64,000 nt of DNA from the NCBI GenBank assembly GCA_944390795.1, contig CALXRI010000003.1, forward strand, positions 7,100 to 71,099. Direction: 5' to 3'. Below, piece after piece: positions 19,332 through 29,103 of the stretch. Source of the stretch: an uncultured Victivallales bacterium (GTDB taxonomy: Bacteria > Verrucomicrobiota > Lentisphaeria > Victivallales > UBA1829). Both the position numbers and the translations under genes were made by a program. How positions within the stretch are numbered: the first letter of the stretch is position 1; each line of letters starts with the position of its first letter. The notes under the pieces were generated by a model, which saw nothing but the letters and a program-made list of their open reading frames with translations, searched no databases and had not been told where the DNA came from.

Positions 19332-20162
19332 CTATTTCTCAAGCCGCTTGCCCAGCAGGCATATCCTGTTCCATGATTCCGGATACGCGGAATATTTTTT
19401 CCGGTAATCCGCGGGAGTCAGGCAGGTCTCCTTCTTGAACTGCCGGTAGAATACCTCCAGGGATTCGAATCCGCAGAGATGGGCGATTTCCTTGATCGGC
19501 GTCAATCCGCCGGAAAGCAGCAGTTTCGCTTTGTCGATCCGCTGCCGCAGGATATAATGGTACGGCGTGGTTTTCATGTGTTCCCGGAAGAGGGAAAAGA
19601 GATAGGGACGGCTCAGATTCGATTTTTCCGCAATGTGTTCGGGATCGATCGGGGATGCGTAATGTTCCTGGATGTAGCCGAGCGCCCGTTTCAGCGGTTC
19701 CGGAAAAGCGATCTCCACGGGAGAGCTTTGCTTCGAGGATTTCCAGCGGATGGTGGAATAGGCGTAGTCGGAGAGCGCCTCCATGTCGGCGTTGCCGGCA
19801 TGAAACGCCTTGTGACATTCGGAGGCGAATTCAACGGCGGCGTCGGCGGAATCCCAGATGCTGACGCGGGGACCGGGGCGGGGGCCGCCGGATATCCTGA
19901 AGTGAAAGACAATGCAGCGGTAGGGATCGCCGGCGTCCGTTTCGCAGATGGTGTCCTCGCCCGCGCTGTGCCAGAAAACCGCTCCGCGCCCGAAGAGCTT
20001 GCGTTCCCCGTTCACTTCGAAGAAAAGTTTTCCTCCGGTCAGAATTTCGACACATTCGAAGGAGGGTGAGATTCTCGTCGGAACCACCCGGGTGACATTG
20101 GCGCAGGAGAAGTGTCCCACACGCATCAGCCTTGCTTCGCGCTCTTTCATAGTAAAAATCAA
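19332..20162 (-). CDS. AraC family regulator (cupin sensor + HTH)
   Basis: 276 aa. C-terminal double HTH (IAEKSNLSRPYLFSLFREHMKTTPYHYILRQRIDKAKLLL...IKEIAHLCGFESLEVFYRQFKKETCLTPADYR). Confidence 0.85.
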   Translation of the reverse strand: MIFTMKEREARLMRVGHFSCANVTRVVPTRISPSFECVEILTGGKLFFEVNGERKLFGRGAVFWHSAGEDTICETDAGDPYRCIVFHFRISGGPRPGPRVSIWDSADAAVEFASECHKAFHAGNADMEALSDYAYSTIRWKSSKQSSPVEIAFPEPLKRALGYIQEHYASPIDPEHIAEKSNLSRPYLFSLFREHMKTTPYHYILRQRIDKAKLLLSGGLTPIKEIAHLCGFESLEVFYRQFKKETCLTPADYRKKYSAYPESWNRICLLGKRLEK

Positions 20163-20182
20163 TAAAAAATACTTTCCGTCAA

Positions 20183-20210
20183 TTGTTTCCCCGTGATATT
20201 GTGATATAAT
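20183..20210 (+). promoter_or_regulatory. Sigma70-like promoter candidate for the TIM-barrel isomerase gene
   Basis: TTGTTT (20183-88), 16-nt spacer, TATAAT (20205-10) with an upstream TG. AAGGAG at 20256-61 lies 8 nt before ATG 20270. A direct repeat GTGATAT x2 overlaps the -10 region. Confidence 0.35.
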
Positions 20211-20269
20211 TTATACATCAGGATACTTTTAGTCAAATAAAAGTTAACAAAAAACAAGGAGTATTCACC

Positions 20270-21067
20270 ATGCTCAAACCGTTGTCAGTTCAGCTTTATT
20301 CGCTGAGGGACTATGCGAAGGACGACTTTGTCGGAGTCTTGAAGAAGGTTGCGGAAATCGGCTACAAGGGTGTCGAGCCCGCCGGATTCTGGGATCTGAA
20401 GCCCACCGAACTGAAGAAAATCGTTGAAGACCTTGGAATGAAAATCTATTCCTCTCATTCCCCCTGGGCGCGCGGAAACAACCTCGGCGAATGCATGGAA
20501 CTTGCAGACGCACTCGGACTCAAGACAATTGTCTGCGGATACGGCCCCGATGACTTCAAGGATCTTGACGCAATCAAGAAAACCGCGGAAAACACCAGCA
20601 GAATGCAGGAAGTCCTCGCCCGCAACGGCTATACGCTTTTCCAGCACAACCACTACTGGGAATTCGAGCGCATCGACGGCCGGCTCAAATATGAAATTTT
20701 TGCGGAACTCTGTCCGAATGTGAAGTTTGAAATCGATTCCTTCTGGTCTACGAACAAAGGAACCGAGGATCCTGTTGAAATGCTCCGGAAGTTTGCCGAC
20801 AGAACCATCCTCCTTCATATGAAGGACGGCGTCTGCAAGCAGAAAGCAGGCGGCGGCGAAATGGTCAACGGCCTCCTTGACATGAAGATCGACCTGATGC
20901 CGCTCGGAACCGGGACCCTCCCGATCCGGAAACTGGTCGAGGCCGCCCCCGCATCGGTCGAAACGATTGTCGTCGAGCTCGACTACTGTGACACCGAGAT
21001 GTACAAGGCCATTGAAATGAGCTATAAATTCATGACTGAAAGCGGTCTTGCCGCGGGCAATAAATAA
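20270..21067 (+). CDS. Sugar phosphate isomerase/epimerase (xylose-isomerase-like TIM barrel)
   Basis: 265 aa. VQLYSLRD start, GYKGVEPAG, and a typical AP-endonuclease-2/TIM-barrel layout. Confidence 0.85.
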   Translation: MLKPLSVQLYSLRDYAKDDFVGVLKKVAEIGYKGVEPAGFWDLKPTELKKIVEDLGMKIYSSHSPWARGNNLGECMELADALGLKTIVCGYGPDDFKDLDAIKKTAENTSRMQEVLARNGYTLFQHNHYWEFERIDGRLKYEIFAELCPNVKFEIDSFWSTNKGTEDPVEMLRKFADRTILLHMKDGVCKQKAGGGEMVNGLLDMKIDLMPLGTGTLPIRKLVEAAPASVETIVVELDYCDTEMYKAIEMSYKFMTESGLAAGNK

Positions 21068-21094
21068 CTAATTGTCCGACAAGAAGAACTGGAA

Positions 21095-21136
21095 CGGGAA
21101 AGCGTCCTCCGGCAAGGGGGGCTTTCCCGTTTTTTT
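21095..21136 (+). terminator. Rho-independent terminator
   Basis: CGGGAAAGC (21095-21103) pairs with GCTTTCCCG (21121-21129). The loop is 17 nt, followed by TTTTTTT (21130-21136). Confidence 0.6.
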
Positions 21137-21616
21137 CATGAAGAGGCAAAGAATCGAAACTTCGAAACTGAAACCGCAACTGACGGAACCGCATATTCCG
21201 CAGAATGCGCGGGAAAGGTGGTTTCCGGGAAAAAATTTCCGGCGGTTCGGAGCAAGGATGAAAAATGCACCGCCGCGCGGGTGACGCGGCAGTGTCGAAT
21301 AACCCCGGCTCCCGGCAGGGGCAGGAGATGGATGCCGGCAGAAGTCAGAAGAGGGAGTAAACTGTGCTTCTGCTTGAATCATCTTTGATCGCCTGCATCC
21401 CGCAAATGAGGGGTGAGCAGAGGTTATGGATTTATAATACATCGAAAAAAGAGAATGTCAAGCGGTTTCTGTGAATAAAAAAACGATTTGTTTTTGATTT
21501 TATTTTTCGTTGTGAAATAAATCACAGTGGTATCGGTTTCCATTCCGGCTCTCCGGTCTGCCGGAAAAGGGATTGATGAAGCGTCCGGAACGTGGAGCGC
21601 GGGAATGGAAAATTTC

Positions 21617-22789
21617 TCAGCGGCAGGCTCTCCGATAGTTCAGAATTCCCAGCACAATGGCGTTGACGATTTTCGCCTGATAATCCGCGCGGTTCAGGAG
21701 CGCCCCTTCCCGCTGGTTGGATATGAAGCCTGTTTCAACGAGAACGGCGGGACAGGAAGCATTGCGCAGCACAAAAAAGCGCGCATGCTTGACACCCCGG
21801 TCTTCCGCTTTTGTATTTCTGAGCAGGGCTTTCTGAATCTCATATGCAAGACGGTAGTTGTTTTTGTCGAAGGCGTTCCCGCTGCCTCGCACGCTGGACG
21901 GCCTGGAATCGCTGGAGGAAGCGCATCCGGCCGGAGTCATGGCAAATGTTTCGATGCCGCTGATCGTCTTCTGGGATGCGGCATTGCAGTGAATGGAAAT
22001 GAAAAGATCGGGGCGGAATTTTTTACAGAGGTCTGCGCGGGCCTGCAGGGACAGTGCGGAGTCTGCCGCCCGGGTCATGATCACCTGAAATCCGAGTTTC
22101 CGCAGCGCCGTCCGGAGTTTCATTGCCATGGAAAGATTCAGATTCTTCTCCAGAAGTCCGCTTTTGCCCGGAGCGCCCTTGTCCGCACCGCCGTGACCGG
22201 GGTCAATCATGATGGTGCGGATCGGATATTTTGCCAGCCCGCCTCCCCGCAGAAGCGGATCCAGAACAAGCAGCAGGTCTTTTTCATGCAGATATCCGTC
22301 CGTTCCCCGCAGAAGCGGCGCGAACGTGAGACAGATGGCGACACCGTTGACGGAGGCCGCCCGCCTGTTGTAGAAAAGATCAATCTTTCCGGCTCCCCGC
22401 AGGACGGTTCCGGCTTTTGTCCGGATCATGGACAATTTGTAGAACCTGGCGATATCGCGGATCAGGACATATCGCTGGGATTTGATCCAGGTGTAACGGA
22501 GTTTCGGCGCGGCTGCCGCCGCGGCTTTCGCTCTTTTTTCCGCAGCCTGCGCCGCCGCCGTTTTGGCCGCATTCCGTTCCGCATTTCTGCGCCGGATTTC
22601 CGCGATCCGCTGATTCTGGAGCCGCTGCTGTTCGGCCAGGCGGCGCTGCGCCTGTGTCGGCTGGTAGGTTTTTTCCGCCGCTTCGAGGCCGCGGGAGCAG
22701 ACGGAGAGAAGAAGAGCGGGGGGCATCATGATCCGGAAGAGTTCGGAAGGACGGAAGGGAATGAAGCGGACGATTCTCTTCAACAGCAT
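21617..22789 (-). CDS. N-acetylmuramoyl-L-alanine amidase (Amidase_3, AmiC-like)
   Basis: Start ATG 22789 (MLLKRIV...) lies 4 nt after the thiD stop. Catalytic block IMIDPGHGGADKGA...EKNLNLSMA...FISIHCNA. The N-terminal region is Ala/Lys/Gln-rich. Confidence 0.85.
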   Translation of the reverse strand: MLLKRIVRFIPFRPSELFRIMMPPALLLSVCSRGLEAAEKTYQPTQAQRRLAEQQRLQNQRIAEIRRRNAERNAAKTAAAQAAEKRAKAAAAAAPKLRYTWIKSQRYVLIRDIARFYKLSMIRTKAGTVLRGAGKIDLFYNRRAASVNGVAICLTFAPLLRGTDGYLHEKDLLLVLDPLLRGGGLAKYPIRTIMIDPGHGGADKGAPGKSGLLEKNLNLSMAMKLRTALRKLGFQVIMTRAADSALSLQARADLCKKFRPDLFISIHCNAASQKTISGIETFAMTPAGCASSSDSRPSSVRGSGNAFDKNNYRLAYEIQKALLRNTKAEDRGVKHARFFVLRNASCPAVLVETGFISNQREGALLNRADYQAKIVNAIVLGILNYRRACR

Positions 22790-22793
22790 GGTC

Positions 22794-23702
22794 TTACGCC
22801 TTTCCGATGGAGATGGTCTTTTCATATTCCGCGAGCGGGATTTCCGGCGGGAACATGGCGCAAAGCCCGGCGCCGGAAAGCATGACGGATTCCGCGAGCG
22901 ACGCCGTGACGAATGCCTTGGCGCGGAGCACAGCCTGTTCCCAGGGGGTCTTCCGCGCAAGGAGTGCGGTCAGGGCGGCGCTGAAGGTGCATCCGGTTCC
23001 GTGATCGGCGTTTTTCCCCGCGGGAATGCGTTTCGAGTGGAACAGGCGGAATTCCCCCTTGTGAAACACAAGGTCGTCCGCGCCGTTCCGGTCGTCCGCA
23101 TGTCCGCCTTTGATGATGACGGAGCAGTTCCATCGTTCGGAGAAGGAGGCCGCGATGCGTTTGCAGTCGTCGAGCGTCGTGATTGTTTCTCCGGCGAGCG
23201 CCTCCGCCTCGGGCAGGTTCGGCGTGATCCAGGTCGCCAGGGGAAGAATGTGTTTCCGGAGCGCGTCCGCCGCGGAATCAAGCAGCAGTTTTTTCCCGCT
23301 GGTTGAGATCATGACGGGATCCACTACAATTTCCCCCGGAAAGTCCGCAAGCGCCCGGGCCGCCGCAAGAATGACGGGACGGGAAAAGAGCATGCCCGTT
23401 TTTACGGCGGTGACGGGGATCTCCTCCATGACCGTCCGGATCTGAAGCTCGATGAAGCGCGGGCGGACCGCTTCAATTCCCGCGACTCGATGCGGGTTCT
23501 GCGCGGTGAGAGCGGCCGGAACGCATGTGCCGAACACGCGGAACCAGGCGAATGTCCGCAGATCCGCCTGGATTCCGGCGCCGCCGCCGCTGTCGCTTCC
23601 GGCAATCGTCATGACCGCCGGAAGAAGATGATGTTTCCTGATTTTCAATACCGCTCCCGCAAGACCTGAAAAAATAAACCGCAGTTGGTAAGATAGAGTC
23701 AT
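22794..23702 (-). CDS. thiD: Hydroxymethylpyrimidine/phosphomethylpyrimidine kinase
   Basis: TIAGSDSGGGAGIQADLRTF, ITPNLPEAEAL and HGTGCTFSAAL motifs. The N-terminus is ~25 aa longer than typical, so a later start (TTG giving MKIRKHH) is possible. Confidence 0.9.
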   Translation of the reverse strand: MTLSYQLRFIFSGLAGAVLKIRKHHLLPAVMTIAGSDSGGGAGIQADLRTFAWFRVFGTCVPAALTAQNPHRVAGIEAVRPRFIELQIRTVMEEIPVTAVKTGMLFSRPVILAAARALADFPGEIVVDPVMISTSGKKLLLDSAADALRKHILPLATWITPNLPEAEALAGETITTLDDCKRIAASFSERWNCSVIIKGGHADDRNGADDLVFHKGEFRLFHSKRIPAGKNADHGTGCTFSAALTALLARKTPWEQAVLRAKAFVTASLAESVMLSGAGLCAMFPPEIPLAEYEKTISIGKA

Positions 23703-23953
23703 TCCGGAAAAATCATAGGGGCGAAAAGAAAAAAAACGAAAGAAAATCAGCCTTTCACCCTTTTGATGCGGGGGGCACCGGAGATGATTGTTTCCGCGGA
23801 ACTTTCTTCCGGAAAAAATCCTGACTTTTCCTTTTCCCGTTTGAAGAAAAGTCTTGCGCGTCTATATTACGCTTCTGTATTTTCCGGGCGATGCGCCGCG
23901 GTGTTCCCGTCGGGCCGCGTCCGGAACGGATCGTGATACCCGGGTTGAAGGAT

Positions 23954-24748
23954 ATGATTTTCATCGACACACATTTTCACGCCGGGGATTTCATCCCGGA
24001 CATGAAACGCTACTGCATGGAAGCCGCGGAGGAGGGGGTGAAAACCCTGATTCTCTGCGCGGGGAATTATGCGGAATCGCTGACGGCTTCGCAGCTTGCA
24101 GCGGAAAATCCGGGCGTTTTTTTCGCCGCCGGCGTGCATCCGCACGAGGCGGACGGCATGACGGAAGGCATGGAACTCTTCCGGGAGCTGGCCGCGCGGG
24201 AGAAGTTTGCAGCCGTCGGGGAGATCGGTCTGGATTTTTATTACGACACATCCGACCGCACGGTTCAGCGGAAGGTCTTTGCCGCTTTTCTCTCCCTGGC
24301 TCTGGAGCTTGGCGTTCCGGCCCTGATCCACTGCCGCGACAGGGAGGATTCGACTCTGGCATACGATATCTCCTTTGAGATGCTGGCGGATTTCCACCAT
24401 GCGGGCGGACGGTATCTTCTGCATTGTTTCGCCGGCACGGAGGCGTATGCGGAAAAGTTCCTCGACATCGGCGCAATGTTCGGCGTCGGCGGAATGCTGA
24501 CCTTTAAAATGGCGGAGAACATCCGCCGGACGGTTTCCTCCATTCCGCCGGAACGTCTGGTTCTTGAAACCGATGCGCCTTATCTGGCTCCGGTTCCGTT
24601 CCGCGGCAGGCCGAATCATTCCCGGTACATTCCGCTGATTGCGGAGAAACTGGCGTTTCTCAAGGGGATTTCCCTGGAACAGTGCGCCGCGCGGACCACG
24701 GAGAACGCACGGCGTTTTTTCAACCTGCCGGAAGGAGCGGCATCATGA
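23954..24748 (+). CDS. tatD: TatD family metal-dependent hydrolase/DNase
   Basis: ATG 23954 inside ORF 23891..24748. FIDTHFH, GVHPHEA, GEIGLDFYY, HCRD and ETDAPYL motifs. Confidence 0.9.
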   Translation: MIFIDTHFHAGDFIPDMKRYCMEAAEEGVKTLILCAGNYAESLTASQLAAENPGVFFAAGVHPHEADGMTEGMELFRELAAREKFAAVGEIGLDFYYDTSDRTVQRKVFAAFLSLALELGVPALIHCRDREDSTLAYDISFEMLADFHHAGGRYLLHCFAGTEAYAEKFLDIGAMFGVGGMLTFKMAENIRRTVSSIPPERLVLETDAPYLAPVPFRGRPNHSRYIPLIAEKLAFLKGISLEQCAARTTENARRFFNLPEGAAS

Positions 24749-25656
24749 AGGATCTGACTGTTGCGGAAAAAATTTCCGCATGGGGACGTCTTCTGCGTCT
24801 TCCCAACCTGTTCACCGCCCCCTGGGATCCGGTCTGCGGATTCCTGATCGCGGGCGGAGCGGCGCATTCGGAGAAAATCGCATCTCTGGCCGCGGGCGCG
24901 CTCTGCGCCTATGCCTTCGGACTCCTGACCAACGACATCGCGGATCTGAAGACCGATGAGAAGGAACGTCCGGACCGTCCGCTCCCTGCCGGGGAAATCT
25001 CCCTGAAGGCGGCTTCCATTGCCGCTGTCGCGCTCTGTTTTCTTGCCCTGGAGCTGATCTCCATTGCCGGGCAGTACACCTGTTTCGGCATGATGGGACT
25101 TCTTGTCACGATTCTCCTTTACAACTACTGCGGACGGAGTCACAGTCTTCTGAGCCCGGCATTGATGGCGCTCTGCCGCATACTCAGTTTCGGCGTCGGC
25201 GTGATCGCCGCGCTTCCCGGAATCTCCCCGGTGAGCATGACGCTGTGCATTCTCTTCGCCTGCGGCTATTTTCTCCTTATTTTCGGCATCACCCTGGCTG
25301 CTCGGCGTGAAACCGATCTTCTGCCGTGCCGCCCGGGGAGAAATCTGCTTTTTTCCGGCGCGCTTCTGGCGGGATGCGCGGGCGCCGCATGGATCGGAAG
25401 CATGACATTTTCCATGATACAGGCCGTATCCTGTGTGTTTCTTCTGCTTTTTATCCTTGCCGTCGCCGCGCCATGGCGGCAGTTCCGGAAACAGCTGGAA
25501 CCTGCGGCGGTTCAGAAATGGATCGGGTTCCTGATCCGCAGCCTGATTCTTCTGCAGGGGGCGCTGATTCTGTCGGCCAGCCCCGTCTGCGGCATTGTTG
25601 TTCTCTGCTGTCTGCCCCTGGCTGTTCTTGCGTCGCGGAAATTTTACGGGAGCTGA
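24745..25656 (+). CDS. UbiA-family prenyltransferase
   Basis: ATG 24745 (ATGA overlap with the tatD stop). Polytopic. Asp-rich motif NDIADLKTDEKERPDRPLP. Confidence 0.75.
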   Translation: MKDLTVAEKISAWGRLLRLPNLFTAPWDPVCGFLIAGGAAHSEKIASLAAGALCAYAFGLLTNDIADLKTDEKERPDRPLPAGEISLKAASIAAVALCFLALELISIAGQYTCFGMMGLLVTILLYNYCGRSHSLLSPALMALCRILSFGVGVIAALPGISPVSMTLCILFACGYFLLIFGITLAARRETDLLPCRPGRNLLFSGALLAGCAGAAWIGSMTFSMIQAVSCVFLLLFILAVAAPWRQFRKQLEPAAVQKWIGFLIRSLILLQGALILSASPVCGIVVLCCLPLAVLASRKFYGS

Positions 25657-25658
25657 GC

Positions 25659-26006
25659 ATGGCGGACTGGATTGAGATACGCAAAGATCCGGACCATGTC
25701 GCAAGGGAAAGGAAAAAGGCCCGGGAGCTTCGGAGGAGCGCCTGGTGGCGGAGTCTGCTTGACCGGGGCGTCTGTCATTACTGCGGGAAGAAATTCAGGC
25801 CGGAAGAGCTGAGCATGGATCATGTGGTTCCCGTTTCCCGCGGCGGGCGTTCCGTCAAGGGCAATATCGTTCCCTGCTGCAAGGAGTGCAACAACCGGAA
25901 AAAATATCTGACTCCGGCGGAAATCATTCTCGAAGAGCTGGAGCGGGAGAACCGTTCCGCCTCGGAAAGCCTTCCTGCGGAAGACAGCCCGAATCCTGCA
26001 GACTGA
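25659..26006 (+). CDS. HNH endonuclease (small, stand-alone)
   Basis: 115 aa. CHYCGKKF...DHVVPVSRGG...NIVPCCKECNNRK. Starts 3 nt after the UbiA-family stop. Confidence 0.8.
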   Translation: MADWIEIRKDPDHVARERKKARELRRSAWWRSLLDRGVCHYCGKKFRPEELSMDHVVPVSRGGRSVKGNIVPCCKECNNRKKYLTPAEIILEELERENRSASESLPAEDSPNPAD

Positions 26007-26121
26007 ATCTTGCGCTGTTTCACGCCGTCCCATCCCCTCCGGTGCATGCCGGCGCGGTCCGCGGACCAGCCATCGCTGCCCCTCCTTTTTGGTGAATTGC
26101 AGTTTTTTTCGGATTCGGGAC

Positions 26122-26149
26122 TTGACAAAACCGTTTTCCCGAATATAAT
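26122..26149 (+). promoter_or_regulatory. Near-consensus sigma70-type promoter upstream of the LacI-family gene
   Basis: TTGACA (26122-27), 16-nt spacer, TATAAT (26144-49). The spacer contains the inverted repeat AAAAC-c-GTTTT. Confidence 0.5.
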
Positions 26150-26163
26150 AGAAAAAGACTTTG

Positions 26164-26177
26164 GTGAAGCGTTTCAC
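26164..26177. promoter_or_regulatory. Candidate LacI-family operator
   Basis: GTGAAGC|GTTTCAC is a 14-bp palindrome (6 of 7 per half-site) with a central CG. It lies ~15 nt downstream of the -10 box and 23 nt upstream of ATG 26200. Confidence 0.4.
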
Positions 26178-26199
26178 TAATTTTGCGGAGAAGGATGCA

Positions 26200-27258
26200 A
26201 TGAGTGTCACCTTGAAAGATGTGGCCGCACGGGCCGGGGTTGCGGTCAGCACAGCTTCCTATGTCATCAACGGGACCGGACTGCACAAGGTCGGGAAAGC
26301 CGCGCAGGAGCGGATTCTGCGGGCCTCCCGCGAACTGGGCTACACGCCCAATGTAGCGGGGCGCATTCTGAACGGGGGGCGTTCCGGCATGATCGGAATC
26401 GTCATTCCGATGCGGATGCCGCTGGTGTACAGCGAAGTGCCGTCGGACATCTGCGCCGCGTTGCGCGCGAAGGGGTATCAGGTCGCGTTCGGGGTCGCCT
26501 CCACGGCGGAGGAGCGCCTTGCCGTGATGAATGACCTGGCCGTGCGGAAGGTCGAGGGCATGCTTTTCTTCAACTGCGAAAAGGAGCTGGATCCGTATTA
26601 CGGCCGCTATCGGATCCCGTTTCTGCATTTCGACGGCATGGACGGCGAGATCCGGATGGGGCTTGAGGCGGGCCAGCTTCTGGCGATGCGTCATCTGATC
26701 CGGGATCACGGACACCGGAGGATCGGATGTTTTTCCTCTCTGCGCAGTTACAATGTCGCAAAGGTTGCCGGATACCGCAAGGCGTTCCGGGAGGCGGGGC
26801 TGGAGCATTCCACGGACTGGGAGATTGACGCTTTTCAGAATCCCCGCTGGATGGAGGAGACGCTGGAGATGATCCGGAAGCACCGGCTGACGGCGATGGT
26901 CTGCAACAATGACGATTATGCGGCGAATCTGATCGGCATGCTGATGCGGAACGGGATCCGTGTTCCCGACGATTGCGCCGTGATCGGTTATGACGGCGAC
27001 TGCTACGCGCCTTATCTGGCGGTTCCGCTCACGACTGTGGTTCAGCCGGTTTCCCTGCTTGCGCAGCGGATGGCGGAACGGATCCTGGAAAAAATCCGCG
27101 GACGGATTCTTGTCAAGCTGGAGCCGGAGGAGCTTCAGCCGTATCTTTCCATCGGACGTTCCTGCGGCTGCGAACTCTGCGGCGAGCTGCCGCTGCAGAA
27201 CTTTTCCGGATATTCCATTGACCGGAGAGGGCAGAATGCGGAACGAATACCGAAATGA
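26200..27258 (+). CDS. LacI family transcriptional regulator
   Basis: ATG 26200 inside ORF 26161..27258. [27 protein letters not shown]...[18 protein letters not shown], followed by a PBP-type effector domain. Confidence 0.9.
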   Translation: MSVTLKDVAARAGVAVSTASYVINGTGLHKVGKAAQERILRASRELGYTPNVAGRILNGGRSGMIGIVIPMRMPLVYSEVPSDICAALRAKGYQVAFGVASTAEERLAVMNDLAVRKVEGMLFFNCEKELDPYYGRYRIPFLHFDGMDGEIRMGLEAGQLLAMRHLIRDHGHRRIGCFSSLRSYNVAKVAGYRKAFREAGLEHSTDWEIDAFQNPRWMEETLEMIRKHRLTAMVCNNDDYAANLIGMLMRNGIRVPDDCAVIGYDGDCYAPYLAVPLTTVVQPVSLLAQRMAERILEKIRGRILVKLEPEELQPYLSIGRSCGCELCGELPLQNFSGYSIDRRGQNAERIPK

Positions 27259-27287
27259 CAGGGCAGAATCAAGGAAAGGAAAAACAG

Positions 27288-28016
27288 ATGAAAAAAAGTC
27301 CATGGTCTTCCCGGCGTTTCAGAGGCGCGGAAAGAAAAGCATTTACGTTGATAGAGCTTCTTGTCGTAATTGCAATCATTGCGATTCTGGCCTCGATGCT
27401 TCTGCCCGCCCTGAACAAGGCAAGGGAGACGGTGAGGAGGATCTCCTGCATGTCGAACGAGAGGAGTCTTGTTCTCGCCTCCAATCTTTACGCCGATGAT
27501 TATTCGGACTGTTTTCCGCCTTATCTGCTGGACGGCGCCGGAGCGTCAGGCATTGCAAACGGATGGATGGGTGCGGTGGCTCCTTATCTCCGGATCCGGG
27601 ATCTCTCCCGTCTGGGAAAAACCGCGTTTGAATGCCCGAGTCGGAGCAAGGCTCCGGAGGGATACTGGTTTATGCATTTTGCAATCAATCCGACCGCAGC
27701 CCCGACCAGGGGGGTGGACGGCGGCTCTTCCGCCCCGAACTGGACGAGCGCAAGCACGATGTGCCGGAGAAGAATCCGGAAACCGGCGACGACGTTTCTG
27801 TATACGGAAAACAAGGCGAGTTTCAAGGACACCACTTCCGCCAACCCGTTTGTCGGAGGCTGGCACAACATTGTCTCCGGCGCGGCTGTCGGGCTGATCC
27901 ATCTGAACCGCGCCAACTGGGGAATGGTCGACGGACACGTCGAGGCGATGAATCTTGCGGAGGCGACGATGCGCCTGGCTCGCTTAAGCACGAACTCCCA
28001 GCAGATGTGGGAATGA
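27288..28016 (+). CDS. Prepilin-type N-terminal methylation-domain protein, H-X9-DG (DUF1559-like) pseudopilin
   Basis: ATG 27288. N-terminus [32 protein letters not shown]-terminal [13 protein letters not shown], which reads H-x9-DG. Confidence 0.85.
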   Translation: MKKSPWSSRRFRGAERKAFTLIELLVVIAIIAILASMLLPALNKARETVRRISCMSNERSLVLASNLYADDYSDCFPPYLLDGAGASGIANGWMGAVAPYLRIRDLSRLGKTAFECPSRSKAPEGYWFMHFAINPTAAPTRGVDGGSSAPNWTSASTMCRRRIRKPATTFLYTENKASFKDTTSANPFVGGWHNIVSGAAVGLIHLNRANWGMVDGHVEAMNLAEATMRLARLSTNSQQMWE

Positions 28017-28092
28017 GAATGCCTGCATCCGGTTCCCATGATCCGAAAGTGATTTCTTCAGAAAAACAAATCAATATGGAAAGGATGGATTC

Positions 28093-29103
28093 ATGAAAAG
28101 AAAATTATTGTGGGCCGCGGCATTCTGCACGCTGGTTCTCGGGGCACAGGAGTTCCGGAACGACGGACTCAAGACGGCTGATCCCGGCGCCTATTTCTCC
28201 CCGCTCGGCGGAGCCGCGTTTGCAAACGGCACGCTCACGCTTCCCGCGGGCGCGCTCCATCAGGTCGCAACGCTTCCGTTCCCCGCAAAGGGCGGAGAAC
28301 GGTACAGACTCACTTTTCTTGCGCAGATTCAGGGACCGCATGTCATTGAGGAGAATCCGCAGTATGAACGGCTCTTTTTCTTCTTCCCGTGGACCAGAAA
28401 GCGCCTCGGCCAGCCGCTTGCGGCCTGGGAGATTGTCTTCCGCGATCGGAAACGGCAGATTGTCACTCCCGCAAAAACCTTCCTGCAGTTTTTCAACGTT
28501 GTCATGAGCAGGCGGAAGCGCGGATACTGCGAGGAGTTCCATACGCCTGCCGGAACCGCTTCGATCGAAGTGGTGTTCCGGAACGCCAACAAGGAGGACG
28601 CCCTCCTGATCGAGGATTTGAAATTCACGCGGATCGAGTCCGCCTCCACGCTCAACATCAATCCTGATTTTTCTCTGGGGAAAGACAACTATTCCGGCTG
28701 GAACGGGGCGGACAAGGCACGGATTGTCCCGTCTCCCGACGCTCCGGGAAAATTTCTTCTGAATGCCGCCAATACCGGCGTGATCGGCGATGGAATCCCG
28801 GTGAAGGCGGGCGACAGCATCCGTCTCGAATACCGGATGAAAAAAAGCGAGGACGCCAAAGGGAATGCCCGCATGCAGATTTTCACCTACAAGGACAATC
28901 TGCTCCGTGCGGACTGCCGGACCGGACAGCTCGCGCGCACCTTCTTTTTCGGCCCCCGGATGACGGAAGGAAACTATTCCTTCGTGGTGCCCGAAGGCAT
29001 CACGCTGCTGCGGCCTTATCTGGAGAACGTAACCGCCGAATATCTGCGTTTCGTCCGGGACGTCGGTGACGGAAAAGCAAACGCCGGGGAGGTCCGGAAA
29101 TGA
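28093..29103 (+). CDS. Secreted hypothetical protein with two CBM/jelly-roll-like modules
   Basis: 336 aa with a signal peptide (MKRKLLWAAAFCTLVLGAQE). Two modules each carry P-x-K-x-G-(E/D)-x-(Y/I)-R-L near the start (PAKGGERYRLTF; PVKAGDSIRLEY) and a hydrophobic closing strand (LLIEDLKFTRI; AEYLRFVRDV). Confidence 0.6.
   Translation: MKRKLLWAAAFCTLVLGAQEFRNDGLKTADPGAYFSPLGGAAFANGTLTLPAGALHQVATLPFPAKGGERYRLTFLAQIQGPHVIEENPQYERLFFFFPWTRKRLGQPLAAWEIVFRDRKRQIVTPAKTFLQFFNVVMSRRKRGYCEEFHTPAGTASIEVVFRNANKEDALLIEDLKFTRIESASTLNINPDFSLGKDNYSGWNGADKARIVPSPDAPGKFLLNAANTGVIGDGIPVKAGDSIRLEYRMKKSEDAKGNARMQIFTYKDNLLRADCRTGQLARTFFFGPRMTEGNYSFVVPEGITLLRPYLENVTAEYLRFVRDVGDGKANAGEVRK

Noticed and set aside
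23703-23953. TPP riboswitch upstream of thiD
   Set aside because: I read both strands and found no CUGAGA or ACCUGAUCUGGAUAAUGCCAGCG-like conserved elements. The region looks like an ordinary divergent promoter between thiD and tatD.
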